45,527 nucleotides of DNA from NCBI GenBank assembly GCA_041488355.1, contig JBGPPC010000003.1:1-45527 (forward strand). The letters run 5' to 3'. Below are positions 19,412 through 30,556 of this stretch, one piece after another (the stretch's first letter is position 1; every line of letters starts with the position of its first letter). The translations under genes and the position numbers were made by a program. The notes beneath the pieces were generated by a model. That model was not told the origin of the DNA. It saw only the letters and a list, made by a program, of their open reading frames with translations, and did not search any database. Origin of the DNA: Gammaproteobacteria bacterium. GTDB taxonomy: Bacteria > Pseudomonadota > Gammaproteobacteria > Burkholderiales > SHXO01.

Positions 19412-20209
19412 CTATGGCTTCGCTTTGATCCAACCTGGGGCACGCTTGTCGAGGAAAGCGGCGATGCCCTCCTGCCCCTCCGGGGTGACGCGAATACGCG
19501 CGATCCGCGTGGCGGTCTCTTCGGCCAGCAGCTGGTCTATGGGACGGTGCGCGACGTGAGCGATGAGATCCTTGGCGGCAGCGATGGCTTTCGGCCCGCA
19601 CCGGAGCAGCTCGTCCAGGATGCGATCGACCGTTGCATCCAGTTCTTGGTTTTCTACCACGCTGTGCACCAGCCCGATGCGCAGCGCTTCGGAGGCATCG
19701 AAGCGCTCGGCCGTTAGAAAATAGCGTCTCGCGTTGCGACTCCCGATCGCAGCAATCACGTAGGGGCTGATCACGGCGGGGATCAGCCCTAGCCGCACCT
19801 CGGACAGGGAGAACATTGCTGTCATGCTGGCCACCGCGATGTCGCAGCACGCCACTAGCCCGACGCCACCCCCATAGGCAGCGCCTTGCACGCGGGCGAC
19901 CGTCGGCTTGCTCATCGCGTCCAACGTACGCATCAGACTCGCGAGTGCAACAGCGTCGCGGATGTTCTCCGCTTCGGAGTAGCGGGCGACCCGCTTCATC
20001 CAATTGAGGTCGGCGCCGGCGGAAAAGCTCTTGCCCTGCGCAGTCAGGACCACCGCGCGCACGGCTGGATTGTGGTCGAGGTCGCGAAGCCTGTGCGTGA
20101 GCTCGGCGATGAGATGATCGTCGAAGGCGTTGTGCACCTCCGGTCGATCGAGCGTCAGAGTAGCGATCCCGTTCGCATCGATACCCATGTGAACGGACTG
20201 CGGATTCAT
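19412..20209 (-). CDS. liuC: Enoyl-CoA hydratase family, probable methylglutaconyl-CoA hydratase
   Basis: RPEVHNAF, FSAGADLNWM, AYGGGVGLVACCD, LSEVRLGLIPAVISPYV; lies between the MCC subunits. Confidence 0.88.
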   Translation of the reverse strand: MNPQSVHMGIDANGIATLTLDRPEVHNAFDDHLIAELTHRLRDLDHNPAVRAVVLTAQGKSFSAGADLNWMKRVARYSEAENIRDAVALASLMRTLDAMSKPTVARVQGAAYGGGVGLVACCDIAVASMTAMFSLSEVRLGLIPAVISPYVIAAIGSRNARRYFLTAERFDASEALRIGLVHSVVENQELDATVDRILDELLRCGPKAIAAAKDLIAHVAHRPIDQLLAEETATRIARIRVTPEGQEGIAAFLDKRAPGWIKAKP

Positions 20210-20225
20210 GAGGTCTCCGTGATGC

Positions 20226-21395
20226 TCATGAGCGTTTCGCCACTTCGTCGAGCATTACCTCGGTCGCGCCGCCGCCGATGGAAAGCACGCGCGCGTCGCG
20301 CGTGAGTCGCTCGATCGCGGTCTCGCGCATGTAGCCCATGCCGCCGTGAAATTGCTGGCAAGTGTAGAGGACCTCGTTTACCAACTCGCCGGTAAAAGCC
20401 TTCAGCATCGACACCTCACGCACGCACTCGCGCCCTTGTGTGACCAGCCACGCGCAGTGGTACAGCAGCTGGCGCGCCGCCTCCGTCTTGGCCTGCAGCA
20501 TCGCCAGACGCTGACGGATCACTTGCTTGTCGTACAACCTAGCGCCGAAGGCCCTGCGCTGCCGAACGTAGTCGAGGGTGAGACCCAGCGCCGTCATCGC
20601 ATGGCCAACGGCCATAGCGCCCAGGGCGATACGCTCGGTCTGGAAGTTCTTCATCACTGCGTAGAAACCCGAATTCTCCTCGCCCAGCAAATTGTCGGCA
20701 GGGATGCGGCAGTCCTCGAACGCGAGCTCCGCGGTATCCGAGCACAGCCAGCCGGTTTTCTTCAGGGCACGACCGACGCGCAGGCCCGGGGTTCCCTTCT
20801 CGACCACGAACATGGAGATGGAACGGGCCCCCTTAGCGTCCGGATCGGTGCGCGCAGCGACGACGTAAACGTCGGCATACACGCCGTTGGTGATGAACAT
20901 CTTGCTCCCGTTCAGGACCCAATGATTGCCGTCCCGCCGCGCGCGGCTACGAATGCCTCTCACGTCGGAGCCCGCGTCCGGCTCGGTGATCGCGACAGCG
21001 GTGATGAGCTCTCCGCTGATCACCCGAGGCAGATAGCGCTCGAGCTGCGCCTTCGAGCCGCCGTGTACCAGATGCGGCGAAGCCATGTCGGTATGCACCA
21101 GCACTGTCACCACGAAACCGCCGAAGGTGGAACGGGATAGCGCCTCGGCGAACACGAGCGACGTCATGGCATCGGCGCCCGCACCACCGTATTCCGGCGA
21201 ATAGGTGATGCCGAACAGTCCCATGGCGCCCATCTGACGCAGAACCGCCCGAGGCACGTAGCCCTGTTCCTCCCACGCCTCGGCGTGAGGCTCCACTTCT
21301 CTGGCCAGGAAGCGAGCGATCTGTCCGCGCAACGCGACGTGCTCCGGTGTAATGTAGACGGACTCCATACCGTTGTGAGGCGCGGTCAGGTCCAT
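20226..21395 (-). CDS. Acyl-CoA dehydrogenase (second paralog)
   Basis: AITEPDAGSD, LNGSKMFITNG, RRAFG, QQFHGGMGY, IGGGATEVM. Confidence 0.92.
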   Translation of the reverse strand: MDLTAPHNGMESVYITPEHVALRGQIARFLAREVEPHAEAWEEQGYVPRAVLRQMGAMGLFGITYSPEYGGAGADAMTSLVFAEALSRSTFGGFVVTVLVHTDMASPHLVHGGSKAQLERYLPRVISGELITAVAITEPDAGSDVRGIRSRARRDGNHWVLNGSKMFITNGVYADVYVVAARTDPDAKGARSISMFVVEKGTPGLRVGRALKKTGWLCSDTAELAFEDCRIPADNLLGEENSGFYAVMKNFQTERIALGAMAVGHAMTALGLTLDYVRQRRAFGARLYDKQVIRQRLAMLQAKTEAARQLLYHCAWLVTQGRECVREVSMLKAFTGELVNEVLYTCQQFHGGMGYMRETAIERLTRDARVLSIGGGATEVMLDEVAKRS

Positions 21396-21397
21396 GC

Positions 21398-23005
<1,608 letters not shown>

Positions 23006-23014
23006 CTGTGCTAT

Positions 23015-23605
23015 TCAGGTCGTCTCTGGCGTGAGCCACTTCTCGACCGCCGGCGCACGATAATGCGCCATGGCATCGAGCAGGGGCTCAGGTTCGGCCT
23101 CCGCGATCACCATGGCGCGATTGCGCGCGTGCAAGAGCTGCTCGGCGACCGCGTGATCAAACAGCGCGAGCAAGCCGGTGTAGTAGCCCCCCACGTTCAG
23201 CAGCCCACATGGTTTGTCGTGCAGGCCAAGCTGGGACCAGGTCAGCACCTCGCAGAACTCCTCGAACGTACCGAAACCGCCGGGCATCGCGACGAACCCA
23301 TCGGAAAGATCGGCCATGAGCTGTTTGCGCTCGTGCATGGTCTGCACGACGTGCAGTTCGGTAAGGCCCTCGTGGGCAACTTCCCGCCGCCTGAGCGCCT
23401 CCGGGATGACACCGATGACTCTTCCGCCCACCTCCAGCGCCGCGTCGGCGAGCGCACCCATGAGCCCCACCCGCCCCCCTCCGTAAACTACAGTTACCTC
23501 CCGACGGGCCATGAGCTGGCCCATCCGGCGTGCGCCTTCGGCGTAGGCAGGATCGGCTCCAGAATTGGAGCCGCAGAACACGCATAGAGCAGAGAAGCGG
23601 TTCAA
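23015..23605 (-). CDS. LOG-family nucleoside monophosphate phosphoribohydrolase
   Basis: CVFCGS, YGGGRVGLMG, MHERK and PGGFGTFEE (PGGxGTxxE); TTG start. Confidence 0.92.
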   Translation of the reverse strand: MNRFSALCVFCGSNSGADPAYAEGARRMGQLMARREVTVVYGGGRVGLMGALADAALEVGGRVIGVIPEALRRREVAHEGLTELHVVQTMHERKQLMADLSDGFVAMPGGFGTFEEFCEVLTWSQLGLHDKPCGLLNVGGYYTGLLALFDHAVAEQLLHARNRAMVIAEAEPEPLLDAMAHYRAPAVEKWLTPETT

Positions 23606-23615
23606 GCGTTGCGCC

Positions 23616-24218
23616 TCAGAACCCGCCGGTTTTCAGCCAGCGCTCGATCTGGTCCAGTCGATCGTGCCCCCAGAACGGCTCCCCATCCACGACGACGTAC
23701 GGGGAACCGAACGCGCCGCGGTCGATGGCGTTCTGAGTTTCGTTGCGTAGCCGTTCCTTGAGTGCGGGCTCGCCCACTGCGGCGAGCACGTTGGTGCAAT
23801 CGAAGCCCAAGCCTGCCAACACTTCGGCCGTGATCTCCGGGCTGGAAATATCCCGGCCATCGACGAAATAGGCACGGTAGAGCGCCAGCACGGCGGCCTC
23901 GATTCGCTCCGGTGCGTGTTGCTCCAGCCAGTAGATCGCCCGAGCCGGCGCTTGTGTACTGATCGGAAACGGGTCCGGGAAGTTGAAGGGCACACCGAGG
24001 AAACGTGCGGACCGAGACATGTCGCGCTTGCTGTACGGTCCCTTCAGCGGCAGAGAGGGCAACGGCCCGCTACCGGTTACCTTGAACACGGCGCCGAGCA
24101 GAAACGGCCGCCACACGACGGATCGCCCGTATTGCGCGGCGAGTGGTGCCATCCTGGTTGCAGCGAGATAACCGTAGGGCGAAGAGAAGTCGAAATAGAA
24201 CTCTATCGATGCTGCCAT
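23616..24218 (-). CDS. 2-hydroxychromene-2-carboxylate isomerase / GST-kappa (DsbA-like) family protein
   Basis: FYFDFSSPYGYLA, WRPFLLG, GAFGSP..VVDGEPFWGHDRL. Confidence 0.9.
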   Translation of the reverse strand: MAASIEFYFDFSSPYGYLAATRMAPLAAQYGRSVVWRPFLLGAVFKVTGSGPLPSLPLKGPYSKRDMSRSARFLGVPFNFPDPFPISTQAPARAIYWLEQHAPERIEAAVLALYRAYFVDGRDISSPEITAEVLAGLGFDCTNVLAAVGEPALKERLRNETQNAIDRGAFGSPYVVVDGEPFWGHDRLDQIERWLKTGGF

Positions 24219-24239
24219 CTGTCCTCTCAGTGCTTTCCG

Positions 24240-24677
24240 TCAGCTGCGTCCGGGGAGGTAGGCGTCTCGAGCGCCACGAGCGCTGACCCTGGCACCGCGA
24301 CGCCGCGCCGTGACCTCGATCTCGATCTTCATCTCAGGCTCGACCAGCCCGCAGATGATGGCGGTTGCGGCCGGTCGCCCCTGTCCAAGGAATTCGCCGA
24401 AAATCGGCGCCGCGATCTTGAAATCGTCGGCTCCGGTGAGATAGTAGCGAACGCGCACGATGTCGTTCAGTGTGCAGTCCGCCCTTTCAAGTGCCGCGGA
24501 TATGTTACGAAACGCCTGGCGGATCTGGCTTTCCAGGCCCGCGGGGAGGGTCATGGTCGCGTAGTCGTAGCCGGTCGTGCCGGCGACGAACACCCAGTCA
24601 CCGTCTGCGACGGCTCGGCTGTAGCCCGCGACTTTCTCGAAGGTAGAGCCGGACGAAATCAATTTGCGATCCGACAT
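24240..24677 (-). CDS. RidA/YjgF-family protein
   Basis: ISSGSTFEKVAGYSRAV, VAGTTG, RPAAT, KIEIEVTA; ATG at 24677. Confidence 0.88.
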   Translation of the reverse strand: MSDRKLISSGSTFEKVAGYSRAVADGDWVFVAGTTGYDYATMTLPAGLESQIRQAFRNISAALERADCTLNDIVRVRYYLTGADDFKIAAPIFGEFLGQGRPAATAIICGLVEPEMKIEIEVTARRRGARVSARGARDAYLPGRS

Positions 24678-24682
24678 GGCGC

Positions 24683-25591
24683 TCAGACCTTGGGCGGGAT
24701 GGACACGCCGTTGATCTTCGCCTGCGCCTCGACCAGCGAGGGGACCATGTGTTCCGGTCCGCCGTAGCCGAGGTTGATCGCCGCCAGCAGCGTCTGCATC
24801 ACGGCAGGGGCCATCGGCCCGGACAGCCCATTCTCCATCGCCATCTGGGCGTAATAGCGAACGTCCTTTGCAGCGTTTGCAAGACCGAACTTCATGCCCT
24901 TGAAGTTGCCTTCCACCGCTTGACCCGCGAGCATCTGGAAGATGCCGGAATTCGCGGCCCCCGTGCTGACGAGCTGAAAATACTTCTTCGGATCGACACC
25001 GAGCTTGACGCACGCCGCGAGGGCTTCGGCGGTGAGCGCCATCTGGCCGATGGCGGCAAAATTGTTGATCAGCTTGATCTTGTGACCTGCTCCGGTCGTG
25101 CCCACGTGGAAGATGTTCTCGCAGAACGCCTTCAGCACAGGTTCGATCTCCTTGAACGTGGCATCGTCTGCACCGACCATCGTATTCAACCGACCTTGCT
25201 CCGCTTCGACCGGGGTGCGTGTAAGCGGCGCATCCACCACACGCACACCTTTGAGCCTTAGATCCTCGGCGACGCGCAGTGTCGAGCCGGGCTGGCTGGT
25301 AGAGGTATCGATCACGATTTGGCCGCTGCGACAAGACTCCAGTATTCCGCCCTTGCGATAGACCAGGTCCTCGACCTGCGGTGAGCCGGTAACGCAGAGG
25401 ACGACGACATCCGTATCGCCAACGAGGCTCGAAACGTCGTTGGCCTCCTTTGCACCGCGGCCTACCAGGTCGTCTACCGGCTGCCGGTTCCGATGCCCTA
25501 GTATCGTCAGCGCGAAGCCCTTCTCCACCAGATTCTTCGCTATTCCGTGGCCCATCAGCCCGACGCCGATGAAGCCGATGCGCTTCGTCAT
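24683..25591 (-). CDS. NAD(P)-dependent beta-hydroxyacid dehydrogenase (3-hydroxyisobutyrate dehydrogenase family)
   Basis: IGFIGVGLMGHGIA, DTSTS, DAPLTR, GAGHKIKLINN, KDVRY. Confidence 0.9.
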   Translation of the reverse strand: MTKRIGFIGVGLMGHGIAKNLVEKGFALTILGHRNRQPVDDLVGRGAKEANDVSSLVGDTDVVVLCVTGSPQVEDLVYRKGGILESCRSGQIVIDTSTSQPGSTLRVAEDLRLKGVRVVDAPLTRTPVEAEQGRLNTMVGADDATFKEIEPVLKAFCENIFHVGTTGAGHKIKLINNFAAIGQMALTAEALAACVKLGVDPKKYFQLVSTGAANSGIFQMLAGQAVEGNFKGMKFGLANAAKDVRYYAQMAMENGLSGPMAPAVMQTLLAAINLGYGGPEHMVPSLVEAQAKINGVSIPPKV

Positions 25592-25622
25592 CCTTGATTC
25601 CCCCGACTCATCCGTTCGCCAA

Positions 25623-26807
25623 CTACTGAACTTCGATGGCCATCGCCGTGGCCTCCCCGCCGCCGATGCACAAAGCGGCGACGCCGCGTCTGAGACCATG
25701 GTGGCGCAGCGCCCCGATCAGCGTCACGAGGATCCGCGCCCCGGAGGCACCGATCGGATGTCCAAGCGCGCATGCGCCGCCGTGCACGTTCACCCTCTCG
25801 TGCGGCAGATGGTGTTCGCGCATAGCGGCGAGCGTCACGACGGCGAATGCTTCGTTGATCTCGTACAGGTCCACGTTGTCTGCCGTCCAGCCGGTGACGT
25901 CGAACAGCTTCCGGATCGCGGCTACCGGGGCGGTCGTGAACCAACCCGGTTCTTGCGCATGTGTAGTGTGCCCTACGATGCGGGCCAGTATCGTCAGTCC
26001 GCGTTTGTGCGCGGCCGAACTGCGCATCAGCACCAACGCCGCGGCGCCGTCCGAAATAGAGCTTGAGTTCGCGGCCGTTACGGTTCCATCCTTGCGAAAA
26101 GCGGGCTTGAGCTGTGGGATTTTCTCGAAGTTGGCTTTGAACGGTTGCTCGTCCTTGTCGATGAAGCGATCGCCTTTACCTGCCTTGAGAGCAACCGGCA
26201 CCGTTTCCCACGCGAACCAGCCCTCGTTGTTGGCTTTCTGCGCTCGCTCCAGAGAAGTCACCGCGAATGCATCCTGCTCGGCACGCGTGAAGTTGTACTT
26301 GGCCGCACAGTCTTCCGCGAAACTCCCCATCAACCGACCCTTGTCGTATGCGTCTTCCAGGCCGTCGAGGAACATGTGGTCGATGACCTGCTGATGACCC
26401 ATGCGGTAGCCAGCGCGCGCCTTGGGCAACAGATACGGAGCGTTGGTCATGCTCTCCATGCCGCCGGCAACCATGATCTCGTTGCTGCCGGCCAACAACA
26501 GATCATGGGCCAGCATCGCAGCCTTCATCCCCGAGCCGCACATCTTGTTGACCGTCGTGCACCCGGTGGCCAGCGGCAGGCCAGCGCCGAGGCTCGCCTG
26601 ACGGGCAGGCGCCTGCCCTTGTCCGGCCGGTAACACGCAGCCCATGATCACCTCTTGGATATCGGTGGACTGCAGCCGCGCCCGCTCGACCGCCGCGCGG
26701 ATCGCAACCGCCCCCAGCTCGGGGGCTGCGAAGTCCTTGAGCTCGCCTTGCAACGCGCCCATCGGCGTGCGGGCGGCGCCGACGATAGCTACGGGATCCT
26801 GCGTCAT
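25623..26807 (-). CDS. Acetyl-CoA acyltransferase (thiolase)
   Basis: NKMCGSG, GGMESM, NEAFA, GHPIGASG, LCIGGG. Confidence 0.96.
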   Translation of the reverse strand: MTQDPVAIVGAARTPMGALQGELKDFAAPELGAVAIRAAVERARLQSTDIQEVIMGCVLPAGQGQAPARQASLGAGLPLATGCTTVNKMCGSGMKAAMLAHDLLLAGSNEIMVAGGMESMTNAPYLLPKARAGYRMGHQQVIDHMFLDGLEDAYDKGRLMGSFAEDCAAKYNFTRAEQDAFAVTSLERAQKANNEGWFAWETVPVALKAGKGDRFIDKDEQPFKANFEKIPQLKPAFRKDGTVTAANSSSISDGAAALVLMRSSAAHKRGLTILARIVGHTTHAQEPGWFTTAPVAAIRKLFDVTGWTADNVDLYEINEAFAVVTLAAMREHHLPHERVNVHGGACALGHPIGASGARILVTLIGALRHHGLRRGVAALCIGGGEATAMAIEVQ

Positions 26808-26858
26808 GACTGCTTCTCCTTGAGATTCGCGCGAGCCGGTGCAAGTGCGAGTTCGGGC

Positions 26859-27956
26859 TTAAATGCTCCTGAGTTTCGCGATGCGATCGATAGCTTCTAG
26901 CGCTTCGCGCTCCAACTCTCGCACTAAGTCGCCCGCAGGCAGCCGACGGGACAGCGCCACCGCCTGTCCAGCCCACATCGCCATGAAATCGGGCGAGCCG
27001 GCCTGCGCCGAGGCGGTGCGCAGCTTCGCCGTCAGCTGGTTCTGAGCAGGGAACGGAAGACGAGGGAAAGGTTTTGCCGCCGTTTCCCGCATGTACCGGT
27101 TGCGCAGACCTCTCGCCGGCTTACCGCTGAAGTTTTCCGTGACGCTCGTGTCGTCCTCGGTTGCGGCGAGCAGCGCAGCGCGATACAACTCTCCCGCACC
27201 GCTTTCAGGGCAGGGGATGAACGCAGTCCCCAGCTGCGCGGCTTGCGCCCCTAGCGCGAGGACTGCCGCAATACCAGCCCCATCCATGATGCCGCCGGCC
27301 GCTACCACGGGAAGGTCGACCGAACGCACCAGGAGCCTCACCAAGGCCAGCGTCCCGGTCAACGCTGCGTTCGGATCGCGCGTCCAAGTACCGCGGTGAC
27401 CGCCCGCCTCGCCGCCCTGCGCGATCACGAAGTCCATCCCGATTTTCTGCAGTCGCTTCGCCTCCGCGACACAGGTTGCGCTGCCACCCACGACGATACC
27501 CGACGCCTGGAATGCGCGGATTCTCGCCACCGGCAGCTCGTTCAGGTGGCATGTGACAACGGCCGGCCTCAACTCCAGCGCGGCGTCCAGCTGTGCGTGC
27601 AGGTCGGGAGCGTAGGGCGCTACCGCCGGCTCGGGCGCGGCCAGGCCCAGCTCACGGTAGTAGTCTGCGAGCGCCGCTATCGCGTCCCGCTGCGCTTCGG
27701 TGGCCACGGGCTCCGGCTGTGGAGATGCAAAGAAGTTCAGTTGAAAAGGTCGATCGGTAACTGCCCGCAGCGCTGCGACTTCGCGCCGCATAACCTCAGG
27801 CTGCATATACGCGCAGCCGAAACCGCCGAGGCCGCCCGCCTTCGACACCGCGCCGGCGAGCGCAGGGGTCGTCACACTCGCCATCGGAGCCTGAAAGATC
27901 GGAACTTCGAGCCCGAGCCGGCGGGACAGGGATGTGATCAGTCGGGTTGCGGCCAT
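26859..27956 (-). CDS. Nitronate monooxygenase-family flavoprotein
   Basis: PIFQAPMA, QGGEAGGHRG, VAAGGIMDG, GTAF, FSGKPARGLRN, MWAGQ. Confidence 0.9.
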   Translation of the reverse strand: MAATRLITSLSRRLGLEVPIFQAPMASVTTPALAGAVSKAGGLGGFGCAYMQPEVMRREVAALRAVTDRPFQLNFFASPQPEPVATEAQRDAIAALADYYRELGLAAPEPAVAPYAPDLHAQLDAALELRPAVVTCHLNELPVARIRAFQASGIVVGGSATCVAEAKRLQKIGMDFVIAQGGEAGGHRGTWTRDPNAALTGTLALVRLLVRSVDLPVVAAGGIMDGAGIAAVLALGAQAAQLGTAFIPCPESGAGELYRAALLAATEDDTSVTENFSGKPARGLRNRYMRETAAKPFPRLPFPAQNQLTAKLRTASAQAGSPDFMAMWAGQAVALSRRLPAGDLVRELEREALEAIDRIAKLRSI

Positions 27957-28034
27957 GTGGTTTCCTTCACGTTCACGACCCGAATACAGCGTGGGCTTGA
28001 CGCACCGCACGCGGACATGCAGCCGGCCTCGCCC

Positions 28035-29225
28035 TCACTTCGTCTCGTCGAACAGCTCACGGCCAATCAACCAGCGGCGGATCTCGGAGGTGCCTGCACC
28101 GATCTCGTAGAGCTTGGCATCCCGCCACAGCCGACCGGTCGGATATTCGTTGATGTAACCGTTACCGCCCAGGCACTGAAGGGCTTCGCCGGCCATCCAA
28201 GTCGCCTTCTCACCCGCGTACAGGATCGCGCCGGCCGCGTCCTTACGCGTCACCTGACCGCGGTCGCAGGCCTTGCCAACGGCGTAGACATAGGCCTTGC
28301 ACGCGTTCATCGTCGTATACATGTCGGCGAGCTTGCCCTGCATGAGCTGGAACTCGCCAATGGACTGACCGAACTGCTTACGCTCATGCACGTAGGGCAC
28401 AACCACGTCCATGCAGCTCTGCATGAGACCGAGTGGCCCGCCAGCGAGCACTGCGCGCTCGAAGTCCAGCCCGCTCATCAGCACATGCACGCCGTTGCCC
28501 ACCTCGCCCAGCACGTTGTCCTCGGGCACCTCGCAATCCTGGAACACGAGCTCACAGGTGTTGGAGCCGCGCATTCCGAGCTTGTCCAGCTTCTGCGCGG
28601 TGGAAAAACCTTTGAACCCCTTTTCGATGATGAACGCCGTGATCCCTTTCGGTCCCGCGTTCGGATCGCTCTTGGCATAGACCACCAGCACATCGGCGTC
28701 CGGCCCATTGGTGATCCACATTTTGGTGCCATTGAGGACATACCGGTCACCACTGCGTTCAGCCCGCAGTTTCATGCTGACCACGTCCGAACCCGAGTTG
28801 GACTCGCTCATTGCGAGCGCGCCCACGTGCTCGCCCGAGATCAGCTTTGGAAGGTACTTGTGCCGCTGCGTCGCGCTGCCGTTCCGTCGAATCTGGTTCA
28901 CCGCCAAATTGGAGTGGGCGCCGTACGACAGCCCCACGGCTGCGGAGGCGCGGCTGATCTCCTCCACGGCGACGATATGCGCGAGATACCCCATATCGGT
29001 GCCGCCATACTCTTCCTCGACGGTAATGCCGAGCAGACCGAGCTGGCCAAATTTGCGCCAAAGGTCCATCGGGAACGCGTTGTCGCGATCGATCGCGGCA
29101 GCGCGAGGGGCGATCTCTGCGGCGGCAAAGCTATTTACTGTCTCGCGCAGCATGTCGACAGTCTCTCCCAAGCCGAAATCGAGGCCGGGAATCGGGCGGA
29201 TGGCCTGCGCGTCGGTGAGTTTCAT
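28035..29225 (-). CDS. ivd: Isovaleryl-CoA dehydrogenase
   Basis: [78 protein letters not shown]. Confidence 0.95.
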   Translation of the reverse strand: MKLTDAQAIRPIPGLDFGLGETVDMLRETVNSFAAAEIAPRAAAIDRDNAFPMDLWRKFGQLGLLGITVEEEYGGTDMGYLAHIVAVEEISRASAAVGLSYGAHSNLAVNQIRRNGSATQRHKYLPKLISGEHVGALAMSESNSGSDVVSMKLRAERSGDRYVLNGTKMWITNGPDADVLVVYAKSDPNAGPKGITAFIIEKGFKGFSTAQKLDKLGMRGSNTCELVFQDCEVPEDNVLGEVGNGVHVLMSGLDFERAVLAGGPLGLMQSCMDVVVPYVHERKQFGQSIGEFQLMQGKLADMYTTMNACKAYVYAVGKACDRGQVTRKDAAGAILYAGEKATWMAGEALQCLGGNGYINEYPTGRLWRDAKLYEIGAGTSEIRRWLIGRELFDETK

Positions 29226-29254
29226 TGCCGCTACCCTCATCGAGGTGATCGTCC

Positions 29255-29260
29255 ATTATA
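29255..29260 (-). promoter_or_regulatory. Candidate -10 element (TATAAT) for the ivd/liu run
   Basis: attata on + reads TATAAT on -, about 30 nt upstream of the ivd start; no good -35 seen. Confidence 0.45.
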
Positions 29261-29475
29261 GTCGCTGCCCGCCTGGCACCTCAGCTACAGGACCAGTGAG
29301 TGTGGTTCGTAGGCCGGTAACCTGCTCACCTCGAAGCGTCGCAACGTCGGTAAAGAGCAGCGCGCCAGCCCGAGAACGCCTGCCGGGCGGCTGGAGGATT
29401 TGTTAAGATGCAGCATTCCCTGGCGGGAGGTCGGAAAAGCGGTAGCAGGCCCGCCAGTTCGACCTCGCGATCTCC

Positions 29476-30540
29476 ATGAACCAGCGTATCCCCGCCGCCG
29501 TTTCCGTGCCCGGCGATCCAAGCTTGACGTTCCCCATTCCGCAGGCGCCCGCCGGCGGTACCTGGCACGAGGTCGCACCGGGCGTGTTTTGGCTTCGCAT
29601 GCCGCTGCCCTTCGCGCTCGACCACATCAATCTGTGGGTGCTGCGCGACGGTGCGGGTTGGACCCTGGTGGACACGGGCCTGAACTCGGAGGCCACACGG
29701 GGCCTGTGGGATCAGATCGTTACGAGCAATCTGGGAAGGCACCCGGTTCGACGCGTGGTGGTGACGCACTATCACCCGGACCATTTCGGCTTGGCCGGCT
29801 GGCTGACGGCGCGTTTCGGTGTCGAGCTCTGGATGACCGAGTCCGAGTACGTCACTGCGCTGGTCGCATTTGCGCAACTGCCGGGGCACACGAACGCGGC
29901 CTCGGCTGCGTTGTTCGCCCGCCACGGGCTGGATGAGCTCCGGCAGGACGCGGTGCGCATCCGCAAACACTCTTACCGACACGCTATCAGCGAACCGCCG
30001 GCCAGCTTCCGTCGCATGCTGGATGGCGATAGGCTGCAGATCGATGGGCGCAGCTGGCTCGTCATGATAGGTTACGGGCATGCGCCAGAGCACGCCGCTT
30101 TGTACTGCGAGGAGCTGGGTGTCCTGATCTCGGGCGACATGGTGCTCCCCAAGATCAGCACCAACGTCTCGGTGTGGGCATCCGAACCCGAGGGGGATCC
30201 GCTCGATCTGTTCCTGCGCTCAGTGAGCCGCTACGCCATGCTGCCAGAGCAGACCTTCGTGCTGCCATCGCACGGATTGCCGTTTTACGGTCTGCGGCAG
30301 CGCGCCGACGCGCTGCAAGAGCACCATCGACTTCGGCTCGACGAAGTACTGGTCGCCTCTCAGCGTCCGCTCAGCGCAGCCGATGTCGTGCCTGTGCTGT
30401 TCCGCCGCCAGCTCGACAATCACCAGATCGTTTTCGCGATGGGCGAGGCGATCGCTCATCTGAATCATCTCCTGTACCAACGCCGCGTGGTCCGTGAGGC
30501 GGACGCCGACGGCGTGCTGCGGTTCCGCACCGCGCACTGA
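29476..30540 (+). CDS. Metallo-beta-lactamase-fold hydrolase
   Basis: LPFALDHINLW, VDTG, THYHPDH (HxHxDH), GHAPEH, SGD, LPSHG. Confidence 0.92.
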   Translation: MNQRIPAAVSVPGDPSLTFPIPQAPAGGTWHEVAPGVFWLRMPLPFALDHINLWVLRDGAGWTLVDTGLNSEATRGLWDQIVTSNLGRHPVRRVVVTHYHPDHFGLAGWLTARFGVELWMTESEYVTALVAFAQLPGHTNAASAALFARHGLDELRQDAVRIRKHSYRHAISEPPASFRRMLDGDRLQIDGRSWLVMIGYGHAPEHAALYCEELGVLISGDMVLPKISTNVSVWASEPEGDPLDLFLRSVSRYAMLPEQTFVLPSHGLPFYGLRQRADALQEHHRLRLDEVLVASQRPLSAADVVPVLFRRQLDNHQIVFAMGEAIAHLNHLLYQRRVVREADADGVLRFRTAH

Positions 30541-30556
30541 CCACGAACAGCCCAAG

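Noticed and set aside
27396-29261. 621-aa plus-strand ORF, and similar long ORFs such as 21911-23587, 42592-44067, 5867-7120, 39301-40512
   Set aside because: Antisense or off-frame shadows of clearly identified genes; long stop-free frames are expected at this GC content and they show no recognisable motifs.
29226-29475. LiuR or PhaR operator in the ivd / MBL-phaC divergent region
   Set aside because: No TTTACGT-like palindrome seen, and gatgcagcat is only a partial TGC/GCA motif; not supportable.
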